From the NCBI RefSeq assembly GCF_004010195.1, contig NC_057759.1:2969269-3033268 (forward strand): a stretch of DNA of 64,000 nt. The letters are read 5' to 3'. This document shows, one piece after another, positions 53,471-64,000 of the stretch (position 1 is its first letter; each line of letters opens with the position of its first letter). Both the position numbers and the translations under genes were made by a program. Under the pieces are notes generated by a model. That model saw only the letters and a program-made list of their open reading frames with translations, was not told the origin of the DNA and ran no database searches. The DNA comes from Chiloscyllium plagiosum (lineage: Eukaryota).

Positions 53471-53699
53471 GTCTACTATTACACAGGAAGACAAGTCTTG
53501 CCAGCATGTCACACTGGTAAACAGGAACCATGGGTCGTCCAATACTGTCGTTGAACCTCTTCCATGGGACCAGAAGAAGGACTTTCAGCCCCTCGAGAAT
53601 CTAACACATGGACAGCACAGGCCATTCAGCCCCGCAAATTTGATAAATAGGAATAGGAGAATGTCATTGATGCTTCAACACGACTAACCACTGAAGCAG

Positions 53700-53920
53700 A
53701 GATTGCACAGATAGACTGCTTCATGTTGTTCGTCCTGGTTCCATTTCTATTAACACACTCGTGTTACTTTAACGTGGTTTGCTGATGGTGAGGAGGGAAA
53801 GTGGACGGTTTGTGCTAAGTCTCAAGGGGACATCTTCCATCTCTGAGAAGACAGAGCAGTGTTCTGTACGGAGTTCAGATGCTCGTGGGAACGGCCAAAT
53901 CTTTCAGATTGTGGCTGCTG
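53700..53920 (+). pseudogene. Possible decayed V exon with in-exon J-like end
   Basis: Fragments HVVRPGS / RRESGRFVLSL / EDRAVFC (53847-53867) / GNGQIFQIVAA in V-then-J order across frameshifts. Confidence 0.35.
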
Positions 53921-54659
53921 ATAGATTTGTAAACAACATGATATTGCAGGGTCAGACACCAACAGCACATTGAGATGGCAAAAATTCATTCAATGCCAGG
54001 AACTCTCTTTCAACCCAAATCGGGGCTCCACAGACATACTTACACTTTCACTGAGTCATAGCGTCATACATCACGGAGACAGGAAGTTCAACCAAAGCTG
54101 ATCCATGCTGACCAAACTCTTCACCCACGCTCACCCCATTTCCCTACACTTGACCAATATCCATCTCAGGTTTTCTAATCCATGTGTTCGTCCAACTGAA
54201 AACACGCGTCACAGATTAAAAACTCATTCCCTTCAAGCTCTCCTCACTGTAGCATAATCGCAGGGATTAGTCTGGCAAAACTCCTTTACACTATCTCATT
54301 GTGGCAAGGAGATCATTTCTTACAAAGGAGAGAAATTCTGTACACAGAGTCTCAATAACACTTCACAACTGCAGGAAGGTGTCTTCACTCCTATAATCAT
54401 TTTGCAATGAAGAGCAGCCTACCATTTACTGTGCTGATTATCTGCCGTGAGTACAAATTCTGTTAGTGACTCATCACCAAAGACATCCAGCTTCTTTTCA
54501 CCAAGAACACTTCCCATCCTCTTACCTTCTACTAAATACAAAATGAGAAGGATGGCATTTTTTGCCAAATTCTTTTTATTTTACCTCGCGAACAGCTGTT
54601 CTTGAAGCACAGTCACGCCAAAAGTAGCATCATTATTACCAATGGAGGTGTATGGAGAT

Positions 54660-55140
54660 GCTGGGTAGGCGATGGCCTAGCGCTATTATCTCCAGAATAT
54701 TAATCCAGGGGGCCAGGTAATGACAGAGAGTCCGGATTTGAATCCTACCGTGTCAAACAGCGGAATTTGAGTCAATAAAATCTCAGGAATAAATAATCTA
54801 ATGAAACAATGAAGCCATTGTCGATTGTCAGAAAAATTTTACCTGGCACTCTAATGCCCTCAAGGGAAGGAATTCTGCCATCTTCACCTGGTCGGACTTA
54901 CGTGTGACTCCAGTCCCACAACAATGTGGTTGACTCTCAATTTCCCTTTGAAATGGCCAAGCCAGCCACTCAGTTATATCAATCACTACAAAATCTCAAA
55001 TAAGTGAAACCTGACTGACCTAAGCACTGACTAATTACAACCCAAGGATGGCAGTGATTCAGGAAAGTAGCGCACCAATACCTTCTCAAGGACAATGAGG
55101 AAAGAGAATTAAATGTTGGCCCAGCATCCCATTAATAAAT
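54660..55140 (+). mobile_element. Deu-domain (SacSINE1-like) SINE
   Basis: tRNA-like head and core gggaaggaattctgccatcttcacctggtc..gtgactccag..atgtggttgactct. Confidence 0.65.
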
Positions 55141-56341
55141 AAAAGAAGATGATCACACTCAGGGAAGAGAGACAAAGGGACATAACTTTAAAGAGGGATT
55201 TTGATATGTACCCTATATGAGTATGATATTTAGCAAAGTGCGAACATGAGAAAATAAATAATATTAACTTCGTATTTTATTTCCATTCCACCTATCAATC
55301 CTTTCTTTGCTCCTTCTTTTCTCTCTCTCTCTTTCTTCATCTATTCCACTCACACTTGCTCCCCTTCACAATCGACATCCCTGTCACAAACATTAATCAT
55401 ACCATTTCTTAACTGTGTTATGTTCTGATGTGTGGTCAGTGGACTTGAAATGTCAACTCTGTTTTTCTCTCGACCCAAGGCTGTAAAATTTGCGTTACTC
55501 TGGCATTTTCTCGTTCATATTGCTTCAGATCTCTAGCATCAATGTTTGTTTTTTTAAACCTTTAAGCTTGTTATATGGGATATCTGCATTTGTTGATCTC
55601 ATTAAATGCCATTTATCGTGAGGCCATTCCTCAAGGCACATTGTTGTGGGTCTGAAGTCAGTCTTAATTCAGACCAGGTGATAATGCTAGATTTCTTTAC
55701 CAAAGGACATGAGTGAATAAGATCAGCTTTTCGAGAAAATGCTGGTGGTTTTATGGTTGACATTAGTGAAATTCGTTTTTATTTCCAATTCCTGTCATTT
55801 ATTTGAAGATCTGACAGCATCAGTGGAAGGATGTGAAACACTATCTTTTGCTTAATCACCTGTGCTTGTGAATTACCTGTCTAGAGACGTTACTACTTTG
55901 ACTCAGTGCCCCTATCGTGAAGTTACTTTAGAAATGAGAAAAATATTTTGATTGAAACAATTGTAACTGGAAGAATGCTCAGAAGAGAGCTTTAACCGTA
56001 AAGTCTTAACTTTAACAAGGCATAGATAATGGCATGGCTTCAACTGCATTGACAGTGAGATGGGAACTGGGGATGTTTTGTAGACCTGATAGCTTTGGTA
56101 ATGGAGAGAATGCAGAGACGTAAATCAATTCAGGCTAAGGGCACTCGGGATTCTGAACAGTCTTGCTCTCAAATGCTTGTGAAGGCGGGGAATAGGGTCT
56201 GACATTTGGGTAATGAATTGAGTTTGCAATTGAAACTGAAGGAACTAGTTTCTGTCCTCGTCAAGTACAGATATCATAAATACCAATGAAGTTCAACATA
56301 GTTTATGTAATTAATAAATGGACAGAGATATAGAGACTTAC

Positions 56342-56474
56342 CAGGAACACCAACAATAGCGAGAATGGGATAGTAACCTGCTTGAATAATCCTCAGCACA
56401 CCTTCTATCCGGTATGGTAATATTGACCAAACAGAAGAGATTAAATATAGACCCCAGGATAAACTTCTTTCCAT
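56342..56474 (-). CDS. GPCR coding exon 1 (MERSLSWG...GYYPILAIVGVP), probable first coding exon of GPCR-2
   Basis: YYPILAIVGVP matches YYPVLAAVGIP of GPCR-1. Perfect donor CCTG|GTAAGT, phase 1, in frame with the acceptor at 37136 (353 aa). No other YYP-type exon was seen in between. An upstream acceptor (cccattgtag, 56576) suggests a 5' non-coding exon. Confidence 0.8.
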
Positions 56475-58775
56475 TGTTGTAATATTCCAGTCTACTGTTC
56501 ACAGGTTCTGATTGCTGCCATCCCTGTCTCTGCCGCTGCTGATTCTTCTTAATGTCGGAGTTCAAGCATCTGGTGCTACAATGGGATAAAACAGTGGAAA
56601 AAAAAATCCTTATTAAGAGAAGAGAGAAATCCTCCAGTGACACAGTTAGAATCCATGGAGACATATGGCAATCACAGTCACTGAACAAACAGTTCCAGTT
56701 AACCCGTTTTAAAACAACACGTTCAAATCACAATAAGAACTTGTCTGGATTGGATGTTGACATCGCTGGTCTTTAGTCTCATCTCCCATCACTAATGGCT
56801 CTAGCGAAGGTAGTTGTGAGGAAGAATGATGGATGTTGTCTTATTGCAGGCGAGATAATACTGTTGTGTTGTCCATGTGCAATGCTCTAACCTCCTTAAC
56901 TCCCATAGACATCCACTCCCCAATAAAAACACAATCAAGTTGTTGTTACTGTGCTGATTCCTCCTCTACTAGATCAGGCGCCAATCAACAGATTATCAGT
57001 GGGCACATTTGCCATGACCATACACGGGAAGTGTGGATTTGTCTGGACATTCGTCTTATTCCTCTAATTAGGCAATTTTATGTCTTCAAAACACAACACA
57101 CTTCAGCTTTCTTTATATGAAATCACAAGCATCAGAAGAGAGTTTATTAGTTTTAAAGTAGTAAAACGGGCATTTTGATGACTTCAGTCCAAAGGCAAAT
57201 GTGGAATGTCCTTGTGCAGGACAACCCATGGATTGCTTAATCAGGGACAGAATGAGTATGGCATTGGCTAAGAGACAGAAAGGAGTGGCTGTGGAGACCA
57301 GAGAGGAATACAGTAAGACCTCCTAGTTACGACTATTCCATCTCTGACAAACAGAATGAAATTCAATGCAAACCAAAGAACAAATGATATTTCGGGGATG
57401 GATGCCAAACAGCAATGTGCATACACCACGACAATTTTATATGTGATGTAGGGAATTATATTACATATAATCACAGGTCATACAGGTTTTAGATTGTTCC
57501 TTTCTGGACAAGATATTCAGAATTAACAACAGACACAGATAACAAAATGTGTAGAGTTACAAGGAGATCACAGTAGAGTAACAGTTGGGATGTACCTCAT
57601 TCCAAGCTAGTACAGAGATGATGGGCGGAGTGACCATCATCTTTGGTATAATTATTCTGAGAAATGTACGAAAAGCTTACAGAGCCTGAAGAGACAAGGT
57701 TATTCATCAAGGATACGGATGGTGTCCGCATCATTTAATTCCTGTTGTTTCATAAAAGATGGTGTCTCTAAAATGTCTTCCAAATCAAAATAAATTTGCT
57801 TATATTCGCACATTTAAGATGATATTGATAAGTGCATTTTTTGGGGGGGAACTTAAAGAAGAAACGTACTTCAGTGTAACACAAGTCTCACCGGCACAAG
57901 TACGTGGAACAGGAAATGAGCATATTTTCCAAATATAACGGGGTTCAACATGTCGTCCCATCAACAAAGTTAAAATATTAGAGATAATGGAAATCTGAAA
58001 TACAAGCACAAAATAGTGTAGAAATGCAACAGGAGAGGTTGTTCCTGCTCATACAAGGAACTAAAACAAGGGGGTTGGTGGGGAGAGGAGAGTGGACAGA
58101 TTTAAATTGATATGGAAACAAATGAGGGTCGGAATCAACATGAGAAATAAACCTTTTCAGCCAGCGAGTAGTTAGGGTGCAGAGTCCATTGCTTGAAAAT
58201 GTGGCAGAGACAGGTTCAATGCAGAAGAGGCGTTGGATGAAAATGGGCTGACATGTATATGGGAGGAAAGGCAGAAGGGAATACACTTCTGTCAAGCTGT
58301 GCAGAAAGATGCTGGTTTTAATCAATCGTAACATACCTGTACCATCTGACTGATACATTCAATTCTAAATATTCCTGGTGGAGTAGAGCTGTGGTTGACA
58401 AAGCTTTTGTGTTAGCTGTATATGTGTTGGACTATATTAGCTCACTGAAAGCATACAGCACATATAAAGGGAATGGTGAAGTTCAGTAAGGAATCCCATA
58501 ACACATTGAACAGCAGAGCAGAATCGATGGGCTGAATGACCTGATTCTGCTGCTATGTGCAGTAAACCACCAACGGATTGGACCCACCATTTATTGTTCC
58601 AAAGCCTAATTGTCCAAAAGGGAAGTTAGTGTCAACCACGTCGTTGAGGGTCTGAAGTCACGTGCACGTCCAGACTAGATAGGGAAGAAGATTTCTCTAC
58701 CTGAAGGACACCACTGAATCAGATTGCTTTTCATTCTGAGATATGTTATCACAGTTTTACACTCACTATTAGTAA

Positions 58776-59009
58776 AACAAAGTTAAAAATCTCACAACAC
58801 CAGGCTATGGTTCAACAGGTTAATTTGGAAGTGCAAGCTTTACAAATACTACTCCTTCATCAGGTAGCTAGAGGACCATTAGCTACCTGATGAATGAGCA
58901 GAGCTCTGAAAGCTTGTACTTTCAAATAAACCTGTTGGATTACAATCTGGTGTTATGAGAATTTGCAAATTTTTCCACCCCAGTCTAACACCAGCTCCCA
59001 CACTTTATG
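58776..59009. mobile_element. Miniature palindromic element with hammerhead-like cores and possible 7-bp TSD (ttagtaa)
   Basis: About 90-bp inverted arms centred near 58875. Confidence 0.75.
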
Positions 59010-60400
59010 TTAGTAAGATGATCGCCAAGTTTGTGGCTAACGTGAAAATAGATGGGAATGCGAGTGGTGAGCGTGCCATTAAGTGGGACACCGATGGAGT
59101 TAAGTGAATGGGCAAAAAGCTTTAACTTGTGGAAATATAAGGTGATGCAGGAAGAAAAGAGGAGTTGAAGATTATCTAAATAGAGAAAGATGGCAGAAAG
59201 CTATGAGTCTGAGGGATTTGACAGTCCTCATCCGTGAATCGCAAAATGATAGTGTTTAAATTCAGCAGGTAAGACCAGATCGTAAGATTTTGTAGCAGAT
59301 TTAGGGCCATTTGGTCTCCTCTGCCGTTCGATCATGGATAATATCTTTCTCAATCCTATTCTCCTGCTATCCCCCCATTACCATTGATCCCCTTATTAAT
59401 CAAAATCTATCCATCTTGGTCTTAAAGACGCTTAATGAGTTGGTCTCCACAACCCTCCATGGCAGTGAGTTTCACAGATTCATCACCTTTTGGCTGAAGA
59501 AATTCCTCCTCAACTCAGTTCTAAACGGTCATTCCTTCAATCCTCGTCTCCCCTTCTCGTGGAAACGTCTTCTTCATCCCACTCTATTCAGGCCTGTCAG
59601 TATTCTCTAATCTTCAATTTGATCTTTCTTCAAAACTTCATCAAGTACAGACCCAGAGTCCTCAACTGCACCTCAATTGACAAACCCTTCATCTCCCAGA
59701 TCATTCTTGTAAACCTCCATTGCACCTCCAAGCATGCTAGTGCATCCTTCCTTAGATACAGGGCCTAAAACTGCTCATAATATTTCAAATGCGGTCTGAC
59801 CAGAGCCTCATACATCATCAGCAGTATATCGCTGCTCTTGTATTCTAGCCCTCTTAAAATGAATGTTGACGTTGCGTTTGTTTTCCTCACTGCTGACTGA
59901 AACTGCCTGTTACTCTGAGGAGAATCTTGAACGAGAACTCCCAAAGTACTTTGTGTTTCAGATTTCCCTAGTCTTTCCCCAGGAAATCGTTTATGTTTCT
60001 TCCCACCAATGTGTATAGGGAAGGCAAATGGAATGTTGACCTTTATTTCAAAGTGAATGTAGTGTAAAAGTGGGGGTGTTTCTGCTAAAACTGTACAAGT
60101 CACTAGTCAGACCATGCCTTGGACAAGGTTTGGAGGACTCATATCTGAGGGAAGATAAGCTGGGTATTGGAGTCAATTCAGAGAAGGTATGATCCCAGCT
60201 ACGAACTAGGTTGGTCCTGTCCGATGAAGGAGTAGATTGGGACTGTCCTCATTGGAGTTTAGAAGAAGAGGCAACCTTATTGAAGATTCTTCGAGAGACT
60301 TAACAGGGGAGATTCAGAAAGAGACTTGGCCACTTCTATGAGTGAGTCTGGGATCAGCGGGGATCCCTGACTCACCCATACAAGAACAAAGGAACAAAGG
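59010..60400. mobile_element. CR1 fragments in both orientations
   Basis: MYEALVRPHLKYYEQF on the minus strand (59280-60000), flanked by plus-strand CR1 pieces. Confidence 0.75.
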
Positions 60401-60402
60401 AA

Positions 60403-61470
60403 GCACCGCCCGTTTCTACCTCCTGCCCAAAATCCACAAACCTGACTGCCCCGGACGACCCATCGTCTCAGCCTGCTCCTGCCCAACCGAACTCATCTCG
60501 GCATACCTCGACACGGTCCTGTCCCCATTAGTCCAAGAACTCCCCACCTACGTTCGTGACACCACCCACGCCCTCCACCTCCTCCAGGATTTCCGCTTCC
60601 CCGGTCCGCAATGCCTCATCTTCACCATGGACATCCAGTCCCTGTACACCTCCATCCCCCATCACGAAGGACTCAAAGCACTCCGCTTCTGCCTTTCCCG
60701 CCGTACCACCCAGTACCCTTCCACCGACACCCTCCTTCGACTGACCGAACTGGTCCTCACCCTGAACAACTTTTCTTTCCAATCCTCCCACTTTCTCCAA
60801 ACAAAAGGAGTAGCCATGGGCACCCGCATGGGCCCCAGCTATGCCTGCCACTTCGTAGGGTATGTGGAACAATCCATCTTCCGCAAATACACTGGCCCCA
60901 CCCCCCATCTCTTCCTTCGCTACATTGATGACTGTATCGGCGCTACCCCGTGCTCCCACGAGGAGGTTGAACAGCTCATCCACTACACTAACACCTTCCA
61001 CCCAGACCTCAAATTCACCTGGACAGTCTCGGACTCCTCCCTCCCCTTCCTAGACCTTTCTGTTTCTATCTCAGGCGACCGAATCAACACGGACATCTAC
61101 TACAAACCAACCGACCCCCACAGCTACCTGGACTACACCTCCTCCCATCCTGCCCCCTGTAAAAACGCCATCCCATTCTCCCAATTCCTTCGTCTCCGCC
61201 GCATCTGCTCCCAGGAGGACCAGTTCAAAATACGTACAACACAGATGGCCACCCTCTTCAAGGACCGCAAGTTCCTCCCCGACGTGGTCGACGGTGCCCT
61301 CCACCGCATCTCCTCCACTTCCCGCTCCCCCGCCCTTGAGCCCCGCCCCTCCAACCGCCACCAGGACAGAACCCCACTGGTCCTCACCTACCACCCCACC
61401 AATCTCCATGTACAGCGCATCATCCGCCGTCACTTCCGCCACCTCCAAACAGACCCCAGCACCAAGGATA
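60403..61470 (+). mobile_element. Young Penelope-like RT fragment with an unbroken frame (ORF 60342-61490)
   Basis: TARFYLLPKIHKPDCPGRPIVS, MDIQSLYTSIP, GVAMGTRMGPSYA, RYIDD, LPFLD, YYKPT; truncated at both ends. Confidence 0.95.
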
Positions 61471-61576
61471 TATGGAGGATAGTGGGTTAGTGTAGTTTAG
61501 GTGGGCTTGGATCGGCGCAACATCGAGGGCCCAAGGGCCTGTACTGCGCTGTATTCTTCTATGTTCTATGTTCTAT
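61466..61576 (+). mobile_element. CR1 3' tail fused to the Penelope fragment
   Basis: Nearly identical to 31647-31757, with a (TTCTATG)n tail. Confidence 0.85.
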
Positions 61577-61750
61577 GACATCTGGAAGAGGTAATAGATG
61601 TGTATAGTCTGCAAGATATTACACAATCCATGAGGAGTGACATCTGGAAGAGGTAATAGATGTGTAACTGCTGCAAGACATTTCACAGACTATCAGGAGT
61701 GACATCTGGAAGAGGTAGTAGACATGTATTGTCTGCAAGATATTACACAG
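61576..61750. repeat. 62-bp tandem repeat, ~2.8 copies
   Basis: tgacatctggaagaggta starts at 61576, 61638 and 61700. Confidence 0.9.
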
Positions 61751-61901
61751 AAGTCTTCTTCTTGGCCTCTCCGCCTCCATCCTACTCCGACCTATCACCC
61801 TCACCTTGACCTCTTTCCACCTATCACATTTCCAACTCCCCTCCTCCAAGTCCCTCCTCCCTACCTTTTATCTTCTCCTGCTGAACACTCTCTGCTCATT
61901 C

Positions 61902-61934
61902 CTGAAGAAGGGCCTGTGCCCGAAACGTCGAATC
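61902..61934 (+). ncRNA. Minimal hammerhead ribozyme motif in a Penelope terminal repeat (61750-62026)
   Basis: CUGAAGA-A-GGGC-cugu-GCCC-GAAA-CGUCG-AAUC: conserved core with an intact stem II. Confidence 0.6.
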
Positions 61935-62609
61935 TCCTGTTCCCTGGATGCTGTCTGACCTGCTGTGCTGTTCCAGCAATAAAGTTTCAACTTTGATCTC
62001 CAGCATCTGCAGACCTCACTTTCTCCAAGAATTTCTTCATGCCAAAGAAAACGAATCTGTGGACTTCTTTACAACAGAGGACAGTCGAGGCTGGATCATG
62101 AAATATATTCAAGGCTGAGATGTTTAAGCAGAAAGGTACATTGAGTGCTATCTGGGATAAAGTGGTGTTGAAGACAATTAGATCAGCTGCAATCTTGTTG
62201 AAAGGTGGAACAGAATCAATGGGCTGAATGGCCTAATTTTGCTCCTATAGTGGTACGGATTCCATTCCTAGAAGAAGTAATCTTGTGTTTCCTTTCTGAC
62301 AGAACGATGCAAAGTTATTTTGGAAAATGCTACCTCCAGGTTTCCTATTTGCTTGAACAACAGAGTACACAGTTTCACCAGAAGTGGAAGCTCTGACATC
62401 TGAAATGAAGAACATAACTTGTAAGGTTCAAAGGACAATATAATGCAGGACTCTGGAGATCTGAAAACAATACAGAGCACTGGAGAAACTCAGCAAGTCT
62501 GGCAGCGTCTGTGGAGTGAGAGAAAAAAAGCAGTGTTAATGTCTCAGGTCCAGTGTGAATGTCCACCAGAACTAAGGAGGGAGCGGTGTAAAGGTATTTG
62601 AATCCGTGC

Positions 62610-63362
62610 TCTGAACGATGAAAGATGAACATGTTCGACACCTTCTTAACCACCCTATCTACTTGTGACCTAAATTTCACAAAACTATGCAACCAAACCC
62701 CTCGGTCTCTCCGTTCATCAACAGCACACTGGCCCCTACTATTAAGTGCATACGTCCTGCCCTTGATTTTTTTTAACCGAAATGCTTGACCTCACATTTA
62801 CCTACCACTCCTCAATCCATTGACCAAATTGATCAAGACATTTTGGTAATCTTACATAACCTACTTCACTGCTGACTGCACCATCAATTTTGGTACTTTC
62901 CACAAATGTATGGACTATGCCTCCTAAAGCGTTTATATTAAACGTAGAACATAGAACAATACAGCGCAAAACAGTTCCTTCAGCTCCCGATGTTGCACGG
63001 ACATGTGAACTAATTTAAGCCCATCCCCCTCACTGTCCCATCCTCATCCATGCGCTTATCCAAGGATTGTTTAAATCGCCCTAATATGGCTGAGTGAACA
63101 ACATTGGGAGGCAGGGCATTCCACGCCCTTACCATTCTCTGAGTAAAGAACCTGCCTCTGTCATCTGTCTTAAATCTATCACCTCTTAATTTGTAGTTAT
63201 GCCCCCTCATACAAGCTGATGTCATCATCCTAGGAAAAAGACTTTCACTGTCTACCCTATCTAATCATCTGATCATGTTTCTATGTTGTATGTCTCTAGC
63301 AAATCCCCTCTTAGCCTTCTTCTTTCCAATGAGAACAGACTCAAGTTTCTCAGCCTTTCAAA
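62610..63362 (-). mobile_element. CR1 LINE 3' fragments
   Basis: RGHNYKLRGDRFKTDDRGRFFTQRMVRAWNALP; tail at about 62945. Confidence 0.85.
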
Positions 63363-63364
63363 GT

Positions 63365-64000
63365 TTGGGTGAAGATTTCTAGCTCGGGTGCTCGTTGTTG
63401 TGGTACTGTTCGCCGAGCTGGAAATTTTTGTTGCAAACGTTTCGTCCCCTGTCTAGGTGACATCCTCAGTGCTTGGGAGCCTCCTGTGAAGCGCTTCTGT
63501 GGTGTTTCCTCCGGCATTTATAGTGGCCTGTCCCTGCCGCTTCTGTTTGTCAGTTTCAGCTGTCTGCTGTAGTGGCCAGTATATTGGGTCCAGGTCGATG
63601 TGTTTGTTGATGGAGTTTGTGGATGAGTGCCATGCTTCTAGGAATTCCCTGGCTGTTCTTTGTTTGGCTTGCCCTATGATGGTAGTGTTGTCCCAGTCGA
63701 ATTCATGTTGCTTGTCGTCTGCGTGTGTGGCTACTAAGGATAGCTGGTCGTGGCGTTTCGTGGCTACTTGATGTTCATGGATGCGGATCGGTAGCTGTCA
63801 TCCTGTTTGTCCTATATAGTGTTTTGTGCAGCACTTGCATGGGATTTTGTACACTACATTAGTTTTGCTCATGCTGGATATCGGGTCCTTCGTTCTGGTA
63901 AGTTGTTGTCTGGGGGTGGCTGTTGGTTTGTGTGCTGTTATAAGTCCTAGTGGTCGCAGTAGTCTGGCTGTCAGTTCTGAAATGCTCCTGATGTATGGTA
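63365..64000 (-). mobile_element. Penelope-like element 3' part (GIY-YIG and terminal repeat), runs off the window
   Basis: KTNVVYKIPCKCCTKHYIGQTG..AREFLEAWHS; hammerhead motif CUGAGGA..GAAA at 63431-63469. Confidence 0.88.

Noticed and set aside
57200..57950. Minus-strand exon-like segments including a hydrophobic stretch (CLLANAILILSLIK)
   Set aside because: Multiple stops, no recognisable family motif; too weak to call.
61576..61750. 62-bp periodic repeat as CRISPR repeat-spacer
   Set aside because: The intervening sequence is also repeated, so it is a tandem duplication.

Overview
Eukaryotic, repeat-rich vertebrate DNA. The repeat families (tRNA-derived V-SINE/HE1-type SINE, Deu-type SINE, CR1 LINEs, Penelope-like elements) point to a cartilaginous fish (shark). 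Most ORFs in the supplied track are noise or TE fragments. Two apparently intact class A GPCR genes of the GPR139/GPR142-like type lie on the minus strand, each with a phase-1 intron inside TM1. GPCR-1 is join(16138..16207,14186..15090), 324 aa. GPCR-2 is most plausibly join(56342..56474,36208..37136), 353 aa, and its last 14 residues, stop codon and candidate poly(A) signal come from a LINE. Interleaved with them, and largely missed by the ORF track, are decayed exons of several immunoglobulin-superfamily genes: a multi-Ig FCRL/PECAM-like gene (1.8-7.0 kb), a single-V receptor with two ITIM-like motifs that appears to straddle GPCR-1 (9.0-20.7 kb), an antigen-receptor-like leader-V-J-C1 relic (46.5-48.6 kb) and weaker V/J and TM relics. 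The rest is CR1, Rex1/L2-like and Penelope retroelements (many with minimal hammerhead ribozyme motifs), an LTR element with a tRNA-Ser-type PBS split by a CR1 insertion, SINEs and minisatellites. Coordinates were counted by hand, TE boundaries are approximate, and no database searches were run.
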